Below are positions 23,685 to 32,000 of a stretch of 32,000 bases of DNA, in pieces (position 1 is the first letter of the stretch; each line of letters begins with the position of its first letter). Origin of the DNA: Mucisphaera calidilacus (GTDB lineage Bacteria > Planctomycetota > Phycisphaerae > Phycisphaerales > Phycisphaeraceae); NCBI RefSeq assembly GCF_007748075.1, contig NZ_CP036280.1, positions 2,220,001 to 2,252,000 on the forward strand. The letters are read 5' to 3'. Position numbers and translations under genes: made by a program. The notes below the pieces were generated by a model. It did not search any database. It was given only the letters and a program-made list of their open reading frames with translations, and had not been told where the DNA came from.

Positions 23685-24344
23685 ATGAGCGTGTGGATCT
23701 GGATGGTTCTGGGTTACCTGTGCGGGTCGATTCCATTCGGTCTGTTGCTGGGATGGGCGCGTGGGGTGGATATCCGTCGGCACGGGAGCGGGAACATCGG
23801 TGCGACGAACGCGGGCCGGGTGCTGGGTCGGCGGATGGGGCTGATCTGCTTCGGTCTGGATCTGGCGAAGGGCTTGCTACCCGTGCTGGCGTTCAGCCTG
23901 CTGGGGGAGCGTGAGGCGGGGTTCTGGGGGGCTTTGAGCGGGATGGGTGTGGCGGTGAGCGCGATGGCGGGGCACATTCTGCCGGTGTGGCTGAAGTTCA
24001 AGGGCGGGAAGGGTGTGGCGACGGGTCTGGGTGTGATGCTGGGGTTGTGGCCGGTGGTGACGCTGCCGGCGGTGGTGGCGGGCGTGGCGTGGGTGGGCGT
24101 GACGTGGTTTTGGGGGTATGTGAGTCTGGGGAGTGTGGTAGCGGCGGGTCTGCTGCCGGTGCTGGCGGTGGCGAGCGGGGTGAGCCAGGGGTTATCCGCT
24201 TCTGAAATCGGGGTTTATGGTGTGGTGACGGGTGCGTTGGGCGTGATGGTGATCGTGCGTCACAAGGGGAACATGGCTCGCATTCGGTCGGGGACGGAGC
24301 CGCGTGTGGGGTGGTCGCGTCGGGGTGAGCGGCCGTCGGCGTGA
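23685..24344 (+). CDS. plsY: Glycerol-3-phosphate acyltransferase PlsY
   Basis: Contains LGYLCGSIPFGLLL…HGSGNIGATNAGRVLG…KGGKGVAT. Confidence 0.93.
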   Translation: MSVWIWMVLGYLCGSIPFGLLLGWARGVDIRRHGSGNIGATNAGRVLGRRMGLICFGLDLAKGLLPVLAFSLLGEREAGFWGALSGMGVAVSAMAGHILPVWLKFKGGKGVATGLGVMLGLWPVVTLPAVVAGVAWVGVTWFWGYVSLGSVVAAGLLPVLAVASGVSQGLSASEIGVYGVVTGALGVMVIVRHKGNMARIRSGTEPRVGWSRRGERPSA

Positions 24345-24450
24345 GCGCGGCGTGGAAATCCCTACCATGTTGTCCTCTGGTCGCCGATCCGGGCGGCTTC
24401 AGAGACCCCTGATGAGTTCGCAATGGAACGCCTAACTGTTGGAGCGCCTG

Positions 24451-26088
24451 ATGTCTGATAGCCCGAAGCCCGTGGTTGTGATTGTTCGTGATGGTTGGGG
24501 CCGGAACCCAAATCCGGAACACGATGCGTTCAACGCGGTGAAGCTGGCGAACACGCCCAGGTGTGATGCCCTGCTGGAGCGTTACCCGAGCACGCTGATC
24601 CACACGAGCAGCGAGGACGTGGGTTTGCCTGAGGGGACGATGGGCAACAGCGAGGTGGGTCACCAGAACATCGGTGCGGGCCGCGTGGTGGATCAGGAGT
24701 CGGTGCGGATCACCAAGGCGATTCGGGACGAGTCGTTTTTTGCGAACGAGGCGTTGGCGGGCGCGGTGGAGCGTGCGAAGACGGGTCGGCGTTACGTGCA
24801 CCTGATGGGCATTGCGTCGGACGCGGGCGTGCACGGGCTGATGACGCACCTGTATGCCTGCCTGGAACTGTGCAAGCGGATGGGTCATGAGCGCGTGGCG
24901 TTGCACCTGTTCACGGATGGTCGTGACACGGGTCCGTTCACGGGCAAGGGGTACGTGGAGGCGATCGAGGCGAAGTGCCGTGAGATCGGTGTGGGGCAGG
25001 TGGCGTCGATCTGCGGTCGTTATTACGCGATGGACCGTGACAACCGGTGGGAGCGTGTGGCGAAGGCGTACAGCTGCCTGACGGGGATACACGGTCGTAA
25101 GAACGAGTTGCCGATCGCGGCGACGGCGGCGGAGGCGATTCAGAATTACTACGACAGCCCGACGAATGATTCGCAGAAGGGTGACGAGTTCATCGTGCCG
25201 ACGATGATCGGCGACTCGATTGATGATGCTCTGGGGACGCGTATCTCGATCGAGGACTCGGTGATTTTCTACAACTACCGTGGCGACCGTCCGCGTGAGA
25301 TCGTCAAGGCGTTCACGATGAGTGACGAAGAATGGGCGTCGGTTCCGCCCTCGCCGGATACGGGTGCGAACGGTTTTAATCGCGTGCGTCGTCTGGGCGT
25401 GGAGATGGTGACGCTGACGGCGTACGAGGAGGGTTTGAGTGTGAAGGTGGCGTATCCCAAGCCGCCGAAGATGGAGGATATCGGTGGTGCGTACCTGTCG
25501 CGGATGGGCAAGACGCAGTTCCGGTGCGCGGAGACGGAGAAGTTCCCGCACGTGACGTTCTTCTGCAACGACTACCGCGAGGAGCCGTTCGAGGGCGAAT
25601 CGCGTGAGATGGCTCAGTCGCCGAAGGTGGCGACGTATGACCTTCAGCCGGAGATGAGTGCGCCTCGGATCAAGGAGATCGTGCTGGGTCGTGTGGCGGC
25701 GGATGACTGCGAGGACTTCATCCTCGTGAACTTCGCGAACGGCGACATGGTGGGTCACACCGGCAGCCTGGAGGCGGCGATCAAGGCGGTGGAGACGGTG
25801 GATGGGTGCGTGGGTGAGATTGTGGAGGCGGTGGTGGCGCGTGGCGGAAAGCTGATCGTGACGGCGGACCACGGCAACGCGGAGCAGATGTTCGATCCGA
25901 ACACGAACGCGCCGCACACGGCGCACACGCTTTTTGACGTGGAGTGCATCGTGGTGGACCCGTCGCTTGATGCTTCGGTGCAGCTTCGTGAGGGCGGTCG
26001 GTTGGCGGACGTCATGCCGACGGCGCTGGCGTTGATGGGGATGGAGCAGCCGGCGGCGATGACGGGCGTGAGTCTGTTGGAGGCTTAG
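24451..26088 (+). CDS. gpmI: 2,3-bisphosphoglycerate-independent phosphoglycerate mutase
   Basis: Contains VVIVRDGWG…MGNSEVGHQNIGAGR…HLMGI(A)SDAGVH…TADHGNAE. The ATG at 24451 has GGAG 6 nt upstream. Confidence 0.95.
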   Translation: MSDSPKPVVVIVRDGWGRNPNPEHDAFNAVKLANTPRCDALLERYPSTLIHTSSEDVGLPEGTMGNSEVGHQNIGAGRVVDQESVRITKAIRDESFFANEALAGAVERAKTGRRYVHLMGIASDAGVHGLMTHLYACLELCKRMGHERVALHLFTDGRDTGPFTGKGYVEAIEAKCREIGVGQVASICGRYYAMDRDNRWERVAKAYSCLTGIHGRKNELPIAATAAEAIQNYYDSPTNDSQKGDEFIVPTMIGDSIDDALGTRISIEDSVIFYNYRGDRPREIVKAFTMSDEEWASVPPSPDTGANGFNRVRRLGVEMVTLTAYEEGLSVKVAYPKPPKMEDIGGAYLSRMGKTQFRCAETEKFPHVTFFCNDYREEPFEGESREMAQSPKVATYDLQPEMSAPRIKEIVLGRVAADDCEDFILVNFANGDMVGHTGSLEAAIKAVETVDGCVGEIVEAVVARGGKLIVTADHGNAEQMFDPNTNAPHTAHTLFDVECIVVDPSLDASVQLREGGRLADVMPTALALMGMEQPAAMTGVSLLEA

Positions 26089-26699
26089 GCGTCGTTCTCG
26101 TCGTCGAGGGGTGTCTGGTAGAGGTGGAGCGTCATGGACCCGTAGTCGAGTGAGACGGGTCCGTCGAGGCCGTCGACCTCGGGGGGTGTGGGTGTTTGTT
26201 TCGGGGTTCGGAGGTTGATGATGCCGCCTGGCTCGAGTCGTGGTGCGAGTTGTGCCATGAGGCTGAGGAGCCGTTCGACGGCGTCGGGATCGTCCATAAG
26301 CTTGTAGGGGGGGTCGAGGAAGACGAGGGCGACGGGTGTGTCGGGGAGGTTCTGGATCCAGAGGGGGAGCAGGGCGCTGCCGTGGACGATGGTGGCGCGG
26401 TCGGCGAGTCCGAGTTGTTCGAGGTTGTCGCGGAGGATGCTCTGGATGCGTCGGTCGGCCTCGACGAAGGTGCAGTGCGTGGAGCCGCGAGAGAGGGCTT
26501 CGATGCCGAGGGAGCCGGTTCCTGCGAAGAGGTCGAGGGTTGGTCCGAAGGGTTGTTCGAGGGTGTCGCCGAGGAGCCCGAGCGCGGTGAGTCGGTCGAA
26601 GAGTGCCTGCTTGACGCGGTCGGTGATGGGGCGTGTGGTCTCGGCGTCGGGTGGTCCGAGGAGTCTTCGGTGCTTGTGGGATCCGGCGATGACGCGCAT
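26085..26699 (-). CDS. rsmD: 16S rRNA (guanine966-N2)-methyltransferase RsmD
   Basis: Contains MRVIAGSHKHRRL…TRPITDRVKQALF…LDLFAGTGSLGIEALSRG…FLDPPY. The ATG at 26699 lies within the longer track ORF. Confidence 0.88.
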   Translation of the reverse strand: MRVIAGSHKHRRLLGPPDAETTRPITDRVKQALFDRLTALGLLGDTLEQPFGPTLDLFAGTGSLGIEALSRGSTHCTFVEADRRIQSILRDNLEQLGLADRATIVHGSALLPLWIQNLPDTPVALVFLDPPYKLMDDPDAVERLLSLMAQLAPRLEPGGIINLRTPKQTPTPPEVDGLDGPVSLDYGSMTLHLYQTPLDDENDA

Positions 26700-26782
26700 G
26701 GTTGGGGAGGGGTTCCGCAAAAAAGGGTGTGAGGTGGCGGGGTCTGCTCGAAAAGGCGGGCGTGGGACGTTATGTTGCGCAG

Positions 26783-27700
26783 GTGAGCATACCACCCCCC
26801 CCACCGCCGCGGTCCTCGAACAAGGACAAGAAGGGTACGTCGAAGAAGGGGTCGAAGGGCCCGACGAAGGCGGAGCGTGCGGATCGGTATGCCTTGTATC
26901 TGAAGGCGGTGCAGGACCCGGATCACGAGGTGGAGTTTTTCGAGCAGGCGTACCGGGAGGCGAACGGTTCGGCGGAGCCGCTGGTGCTTCGCGAGGATTT
27001 CTGCGGGACGTTCGCGGTCTGCTGCAAGTGGGTGGCGGGTAAAGCGGGGCGTCGTTCGCTGGGCGTGGACCTGGACGCGGAGCCGCTGGCGTGGGGGAAG
27101 AAGCATCATCTCGAGAAGCTGACGGTGGAGCAGCAGAAGCGTGTAACGCTGGTGCAGGACGACGTGCGGAAGGTGTGTTCGCCGAAGGCGGACGTGCTGG
27201 CGGCGCAGAACTTCTCGTTCTACCTGTTCATGGAGCGGAAGGAGTTGCTGGCCTATTTCAAGGCGGCGCGTCGGAACCTGGCGCCGGGCGGCGTGATGGT
27301 CCTGGACATGATGGGCGGCCCGGACTGCCTGCTGGAGGATCAGAACGAGCCGCGGAAGTGCGACGGGTTCACTTACGTGTGGCGGACGGAGACGGTGAAC
27401 CCGATCACGAACATCAGCGAGCACAGCATCGGCTTCAAGTTCAAGGACGGGAGCAAGCTGGAGAGGGCGTTCTCGTACCGGTGGCGGCTGTGGAGTATTC
27501 CGGAGGTGCGTGACCTGCTTGAGGAGGCGGGGTTTGCGCGAGTGGACGTGTACTGGGAGGGCGAGGGGGATGAGGGCGAGGGTGACGGCAACTGGAAGAT
27601 CACGACCGAGGCGGCGATGGACCCGTCGTGGTTGTGTTACGTGGTGGCGCGTCGTGACCACGAGGCGGTAACGACGGTCGATCATGAAGGAAAGGCGTGA
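26783..27700 (+). CDS. Class I SAM-dependent methyltransferase, specific function unknown
   Basis: Contains LREDFCGTFAV (motif I-like), VLAAQNFSF and GGVMVLD. There is no in-frame ATG upstream of the domain, so the start must be GTG (26783 or 26762) or TTG. The start is uncertain. Confidence 0.72.
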   Translation: MSIPPPPPPRSSNKDKKGTSKKGSKGPTKAERADRYALYLKAVQDPDHEVEFFEQAYREANGSAEPLVLREDFCGTFAVCCKWVAGKAGRRSLGVDLDAEPLAWGKKHHLEKLTVEQQKRVTLVQDDVRKVCSPKADVLAAQNFSFYLFMERKELLAYFKAARRNLAPGGVMVLDMMGGPDCLLEDQNEPRKCDGFTYVWRTETVNPITNISEHSIGFKFKDGSKLERAFSYRWRLWSIPEVRDLLEEAGFARVDVYWEGEGDEGEGDGNWKITTEAAMDPSWLCYVVARRDHEAVTTVDHEGKA

Positions 27701-27702
27701 GC

Positions 27703-28995
27703 ATGAAGCTGCAGGGGCCGCGCGGGACGCGTGACTTCTATCCAGAAGCGATGGCGTGGCGTCGTCGATTGGAAGACGCGTGGCGGACGGTGTCGGTACG
27801 GCACGGTTTCGAGGAGGTCGACGGGCCGATCTTCGAGACGCAGGAGCTGTACAAGATCAAGTCGGGCGACGGGATCCTGAGCGAGATTTTTCACGTGCGT
27901 CATCCGCAGGGCGACGCGGAGTTCGCGATCCGTCCGGAGTTCACGCCGACGCTGGCGCGGATGGTGGCGGCGCGTGCGAACGGTCTGCCCAAGCCGATCA
28001 AGTGGTTTGCGACGCCTAATTTCTGCCGGGCCGAGCGTCCGCAGCGAGGTCGGTTGCGTGAGTTCTGGCAGTGGAACGTGGACATCATCGGCGCGGAGGG
28101 TGCGCTGGCGGACGCGGAGTGCATCCTGGTGGCGGTGGACCTGCTGCGTGAGTTCGGGATGACGTCGCAGCACGTGGTGGTGCGGATCAGTCACCGCGAG
28201 GTGGTGCGTCAGATCCTGCTGCGTCTGGGTGTGGCAGAGGAGAAGCTGACCGAGGCGTTTGAGCTGCTGGATCGTCGTGAGAAGATGGAGCACGACGCGT
28301 TTGTGGAGAGCGCGACGCTGCTGGGTCTGGATGGCGCGAAGGTAGAGCGTTTCCTGCAGATGTGTCGTCGTCGGTATCCGGTGGGTGAGATTGATCACCT
28401 GGCGCGTTCGATCGGCATGGAGGAGGGGTTCGAGTCGCTGCGCGAGCTGGAGGAACAGCTGATCGGCTTCGGGATCGGCGACTGGTGTGCGTATGACCTG
28501 GGGATCGTGCGTGGGTTGGCGTATTACACGGGGACGGTGTTCGAGCTCCACGAGGCGTCGGGCATGGAGCGTGCGGTGGCGGGTGGCGGCCGGTACGACA
28601 AGCTGATCGAGTTGTTCGGCGGCCCGAAGATGTCGGCGGTGGGGTTCGGCATGGGCGACGTGGTTCTGACGAACGTTCTGCAGGACAAGGGTTTGCTGCC
28701 TGAGGACGTGACGCCTCAGCCGGACGTGTTCGTGCTGGCGTCGAGCGAGGCGGGCGCGGGTTCGCTCCGGCGTGTGATCGCGGACCTGCGTGAGGCGGGG
28801 GTGCACGCTCGCTTCAGCTACAAGAGCACGACGAACGTGGGCAAGCTGCTCAAGGAGGCGAACCAGTCGCGGGCGCGGTTTGCGCTGCTGCTGGGCGACG
28901 CTGTATCGGATGGCGAGGGTGAGTTGAAGGACCTGGACACGGGTGATCAGCAGGTCGTGAAGCTGGCGGGTGTGGCGGACCGGCTGAGCGTTTAG
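27703..28995 (+). CDS. hisS: Histidine--tRNA ligase
   Basis: Contains GTRDFYPE…, FHVRHPQG…AIRPEFT, ERPQRGRLREFWQ and GGGRYD. AAGGAAAGG lies upstream of the ATG at 27703; the GTG at 27697 is an alternative. Confidence 0.95.
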   Translation: MKLQGPRGTRDFYPEAMAWRRRLEDAWRTVSVRHGFEEVDGPIFETQELYKIKSGDGILSEIFHVRHPQGDAEFAIRPEFTPTLARMVAARANGLPKPIKWFATPNFCRAERPQRGRLREFWQWNVDIIGAEGALADAECILVAVDLLREFGMTSQHVVVRISHREVVRQILLRLGVAEEKLTEAFELLDRREKMEHDAFVESATLLGLDGAKVERFLQMCRRRYPVGEIDHLARSIGMEEGFESLRELEEQLIGFGIGDWCAYDLGIVRGLAYYTGTVFELHEASGMERAVAGGGRYDKLIELFGGPKMSAVGFGMGDVVLTNVLQDKGLLPEDVTPQPDVFVLASSEAGAGSLRRVIADLREAGVHARFSYKSTTNVGKLLKEANQSRARFALLLGDAVSDGEGELKDLDTGDQQVVKLAGVADRLSV

Positions 28996-29468
28996 TCAGC
29001 GGAGGACGTCGCGGGGGCGGGTTTCTGGTACTGGCAGCGTCCGGTGCCGGCGCACGATTCGCATTCGTCGGCGTGGCCGTCGATGTGGCTGAGGCAGTGG
29101 TCGATGCGTGAGTGGATGACCTGCTTCATCATGGGGTGCAGGCCGATGGGGGCGGTGACGACGAAGGGGACGTCGGGGTGTCGCTTGGCGGCCTCGGTGG
29201 CGAGTTGGGGGATGTCCTGATCCCAGTGTTTGCCGGGGAGCAGGAAGTAGGGGCAGATGAGGACGCGGGTGGCGCCGCGTTCGACGCATCGGTCGAAGGC
29301 GGTGCTGATGGAGGGTTCGGCGAGTTCCATGTGGGCGGGCTCGACGATGCTGAACTCGGCCTCGTACTCGAAGCCGGCGACGAAGTCTTCGAGCATCTTG
29401 TTGGAGGCGGCCCGGCGTGAGCCGTGGTCGACGATGACGATGCCGAGTTGGTCGGGGGTGGTGTGCAT
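28992..29468 (-). CDS. cbiX: Sirohydrochlorin chelatase, CbiX/SirB family (short form) with a Cys-rich C-terminus
   Basis: Contains GIVIVDHGSRR…VEPAHMELAEPSI…ICPYFLLPGKH. The tail is CLSHIDGHADECESCAGTGRC. Confidence 0.8.
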   Translation of the reverse strand: MHTTPDQLGIVIVDHGSRRAASNKMLEDFVAGFEYEAEFSIVEPAHMELAEPSISTAFDRCVERGATRVLICPYFLLPGKHWDQDIPQLATEAAKRHPDVPFVVTAPIGLHPMMKQVIHSRIDHCLSHIDGHADECESCAGTGRCQYQKPAPATSSAD

Positions 29469-29477
29469 GGGGACATA

Positions 29478-31301
29478 TTAGGACCGTCGTCTACGGAGGG
29501 CAGGGAGCAGGAGGAGGAGGGTGATGAGGGCGGGTTCGGGGATGGCGTTGAGGCTGGTGCCGAAGTTGCTGGCGAGGATGGAGAGGTCGAGGAGGTCGGC
29601 TCTCTCGTCGCCGTTGAAGTCGGCGGTGCTCCAGTCAGCGTTCTGGTTGAAGTTGGAGGCGAGGATGGAGAGGTCGAGGAGGTCGACGCTGGCGTCGAGG
29701 TTGGCGTCGCCCGGGAGTGTGGCGATGCCCCGGATGCCGGTCTGATCGGTGAAGAGAGCGAGGACCATGCCGTTGGGGAGTTGGTTACCGGTGATGTCGG
29801 CGAAGTTTCCGGTGTGGTCGTCGGCCCGGTTGTCGATGAGGGTGAAGGATTCGAGGGGCTGGGGCGTGTATCCGGGGGCCACGGCGAGGGCGAGTTCGGT
29901 GTCGCCGCCGAGGTAGGAGAAGCCGTCGACGCTGAGTCGCGGAGCGTTGGGTGATTCGGGTCCGAGTGTGAGGGCGAGGGTGCCGTGGCTGATGTCGATC
30001 TTCCCGATGGTGTCGCTGAAGGTGTCGAGGTCGAAGCGGGCGTTGGGTTCGACGGTGACGAGGGTGGTCTCGGCGATCTGGTTGTTGGCGGCGAGTCGCG
30101 CGACGGCGTCCTTGTGGATGAAGAGGCTGGTCTCTACGGCGTTGGCGTTGGTTTTGGCGAGTTCGAGGGTTCCCGCGGTGACTTCGGCGGAGACGGCGTT
30201 GGCGTCGGGGCCTGCGAGGGTGAGTGTGCCGGGGTCGCGCTTGATGAGTCTGCCGGTGCCGGTGACGGGCGCGTCGATGGTGACGTCGAAGCCCTGGGTG
30301 ACGAAGCCGCCGTTGCGGTTGGTGAGTTCGATGGGTGTGGTGAGGGTAAAGGGAGCGTCGAAGCGGAGTCCGCCGCCGTCCATCTGCAGTTGACCGCTGC
30401 CGAGTTGATTGTTGGCGGAAAGCGCAATGCGTCCGTCGAAGACACGTGTGCCACCCTGATGGGTGTTGTTCGCGGAGAGTTTCAGGGTACCGGGCCCGGT
30501 CTTGAGCAGGTGGAAGGTGTCGGCACCGAAGGCGTCGCTGATGGGGACGTCCATGTCAAAGGTGTGGCTGCTCTCCGCGATGCGGATCTGCCCGCCTTCG
30601 TCGGAGTATCCGAAACCGCCCGTAAACTCGCTTCCCCGCTGGAGGGTCGTGCCGGTGATGGTGAGGGCACCCCCGTCGAACTGAACGCGTCCCCCGCCGA
30701 AGGACCGTGCGTCGGCAATACTGACCTGTCCGTTGCCGAGGTAGACGCGATCGAGAATATTGTTGGTGCTGTTGATACGCAGGACACCAGCCCCCGTCTT
30801 GATAAGGCCCTGCAGGTCGCCGTGGCTGTCACCTTCGAGTCGGCCATTGACGGTGAGCTGGCTGTTGTGCTCGACGTCGATGTACATGTTGAAACCGAAG
30901 TGGTGTCCGATGGTGCTGTTGATGGTGTGGTTGACGCCCCCGCCGACGAAGAGACCCGGGTTACGGAGGCTCAGTGTGCCGCCGTTGAGGGTGTAGGGCT
31001 GGCTGGCGGTGAGGTAAATCCTTGTGAAAGCCCGCGTGCCGTTGAGGTTGACCGTAGAGAAGAGGGGGAAGGGCTGCGTGAAGTTGATGTAGCTGTTGCT
31101 TCCGGACGGTATCACCGGGGACGATGTTAAGCCAAGAGCCCAGTTGGTTGCGTAGGCGGGCCCTGAGAGAGTGAGTTCATGGTCCCAGTCGGAGTTCCAA
31201 CTCCCATACCACGTGTACCGAGACTGAGCCATGGCCCCGGGCGTCAAGACCAGACTCGCCACACACGCCACCATCCAGACACACCATCGCTTACCTGTCA
31301 T
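29478..31301 (-). CDS. Large secreted PEP-CTERM protein with autotransporter-associated beta-strand (PATR-like) repeats and two dockerin-like repeats
   Basis: Signal peptide MTGKRWCVWMVACVASLVLTPGAMAQ, with GGAGGG upstream of the ATG at 31301. Repeats are of the type GPGTLKLSANNTHQGGTRVFDGRIAL. The dockerin-like repeats are GDANLDASVDLLDLSILASNF and DFNGDERADLLDLSILASNF. The C-terminus is IPEPALITLLLLLPALRRRRS. Confidence 0.8.
   Translation of the reverse strand: MTGKRWCVWMVACVASLVLTPGAMAQSRYTWYGSWNSDWDHELTLSGPAYATNWALGLTSSPVIPSGSNSYINFTQPFPLFSTVNLNGTRAFTRIYLTASQPYTLNGGTLSLRNPGLFVGGGVNHTINSTIGHHFGFNMYIDVEHNSQLTVNGRLEGDSHGDLQGLIKTGAGVLRINSTNNILDRVYLGNGQVSIADARSFGGGRVQFDGGALTITGTTLQRGSEFTGGFGYSDEGGQIRIAESSHTFDMDVPISDAFGADTFHLLKTGPGTLKLSANNTHQGGTRVFDGRIALSANNQLGSGQLQMDGGGLRFDAPFTLTTPIELTNRNGGFVTQGFDVTIDAPVTGTGRLIKRDPGTLTLAGPDANAVSAEVTAGTLELAKTNANAVETSLFIHKDAVARLAANNQIAETTLVTVEPNARFDLDTFSDTIGKIDISHGTLALTLGPESPNAPRLSVDGFSYLGGDTELALAVAPGYTPQPLESFTLIDNRADDHTGNFADITGNQLPNGMVLALFTDQTGIRGIATLPGDANLDASVDLLDLSILASNFNQNADWSTADFNGDERADLLDLSILASNFGTSLNAIPEPALITLLLLLPALRRRRS
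29562..29685. repeat. Direct repeat (37 nt, 35/37 identical, period 87 nt) encoding the duplicated dockerin-like segment
   Basis: 29562-29598 and 29649-29685 share GAAGTTG..GGCGAGGATGGAGAGGTCGAGGAGGTCG. The exact shared part is 28 nt. Confidence 0.85.
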
Positions 31302-31487
31302 TCCCAAGCCCTCCAGCGCCAAGCGCCCACGTTGTTTCCCGTAACAGCCACCGCAGTATCGTGGATAAACAGCATCCTGTCACGGCAAATCCGCGGTTTC
31401 CCGCCCTTTTGTGCGGTTGACCCCCCCGGCCGGCTCAGCGAAACTATATGGCTCGCGTGACTGAACCCAAAGGACGGAGACGCATCG

Positions 31488-32000
31488 ATGTCGCTGAATC
31501 TGGCTGTAATTGGTGGAGACGGAACGGGCCCCGAGGTCGTGGCGCAGGCGCTGCGTGTGCTCGATCAGGTCGCGAAGGATGGCGGCTTCGAGGTCCAGAC
31601 CACGCCACTGCCGTACGGCGGCGAGCGTTACCTGGAGACGGGGACGGTGCTGACGGACGACGAGGTGGAGGGGCTGAAGGCGTACGACGCGATTCTGCTG
31701 GGCGCGGTGGGTCACGCGGACGTGCCGCCTGGCGTCCTGGAGAAGGGGATCCTGCTGAAGCTTCGGTTTGAGCTGGACCAGTACATCAATCTGCGGCCGG
31801 TGAAGCTGTACCCGGGGATCGAGACGCCGCTGGCGGGCAAGGGGCCGGATGAGATCGACATGGTGGTGGTGCGTGAGAACACGGAGGACCTGTATTGCGG
31901 CAATGGCGGGGTGGCGCGGCGGGGGACGGCTCAGGAGATTTCGACGCAGGAGATGATCGCGACGCGTTTTGGTGTGGAGCGTTGTCTGCGGTATGCGTTC
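31488..32000 (+). CDS. leuB: 3-isopropylmalate dehydrogenase (5' part, continues beyond the window)
   Basis: Begins [25 protein letters not shown]…. Contains [43 protein letters not shown]…[11 protein letters not shown]. By recollection it resembles actinobacterial-type LeuB. Confidence 0.9.
   Translation, partial: MSLNLAVIGGDGTGPEVVAQALRVLDQVAKDGGFEVQTTPLPYGGERYLETGTVLTDDEVEGLKAYDAILLGAVGHADVPPGVLEKGILLKLRFELDQYINLRPVKLYPGIETPLAGKGPDEIDMVVVRENTEDLYCGNGGVARRGTAQEISTQEMIATRFGVERCLRYAF

Noticed and set aside
1-32000. A defence island, prophage, transposon, integron, CRISPR array, or tRNA/rRNA genes.
   Set aside because: I saw no repeat-spacer arrays, no terminal inverted repeats flanking a cargo, no integrase, transposase or nuclease-like ORFs, and no tRNA-like T-arm sequences. 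Gene content is overwhelmingly core metabolism and envelope.

Overview
High-GC bacterial chromosomal segment, densely packed with about 35 CDS split almost equally between the two strands. No rRNA, tRNA, CRISPR array, transposase, integrase or phage gene was recognised. Most genes are housekeeping: argB-argF, rpiB, mdh, ribH-nusB-ftsY, dtd, bioB, plsY, gpmI, rsmD, hisS, cbiX and leuB (5' part). Envelope and signalling genes lie between them. These are a TolC-like/HlyD-like pair, a PAS-GGDEF-EAL protein, a WG-repeat protein, two PEP-CTERM proteins (one with dockerin-like repeats) and an SRAP (YedK-like) protein. There is also an orphan GroES-like gene and several small membrane ORFs of unknown function. 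PEP-CTERM, dockerin-like and WG-repeat proteins in a high-GC background suggest a PVC/Planctomycetota-like organism, but that is a weak inference. I found no obvious defence island or mobile element. The observations I rate highest are listed here. (1) Silent-site composition follows the DNA strand very strongly, so codon choice flips with gene orientation across the whole window. (2) A ~330-nt gene-free stretch after ftsY has four long helices and a strong intrinsic terminator; it is a candidate structured ncRNA that I could not assign to a known family. (3) A minus-strand cluster upstream of bioB encodes a 54-aa TM peptide and two paralogous ~105-aa membrane-anchored proteins of unknown function. 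(4) A 360-bp gene-free island before rpiB carries outward-facing terminators. (5) The bioB homologue lacks a cysteine where canonical BioB has its first auxiliary-cluster ligand. (6) Convergent gene pairs repeatedly share or abut their stop codons. All calls come from reading the sequence and the ORF track by eye. No database search or folding program was run.
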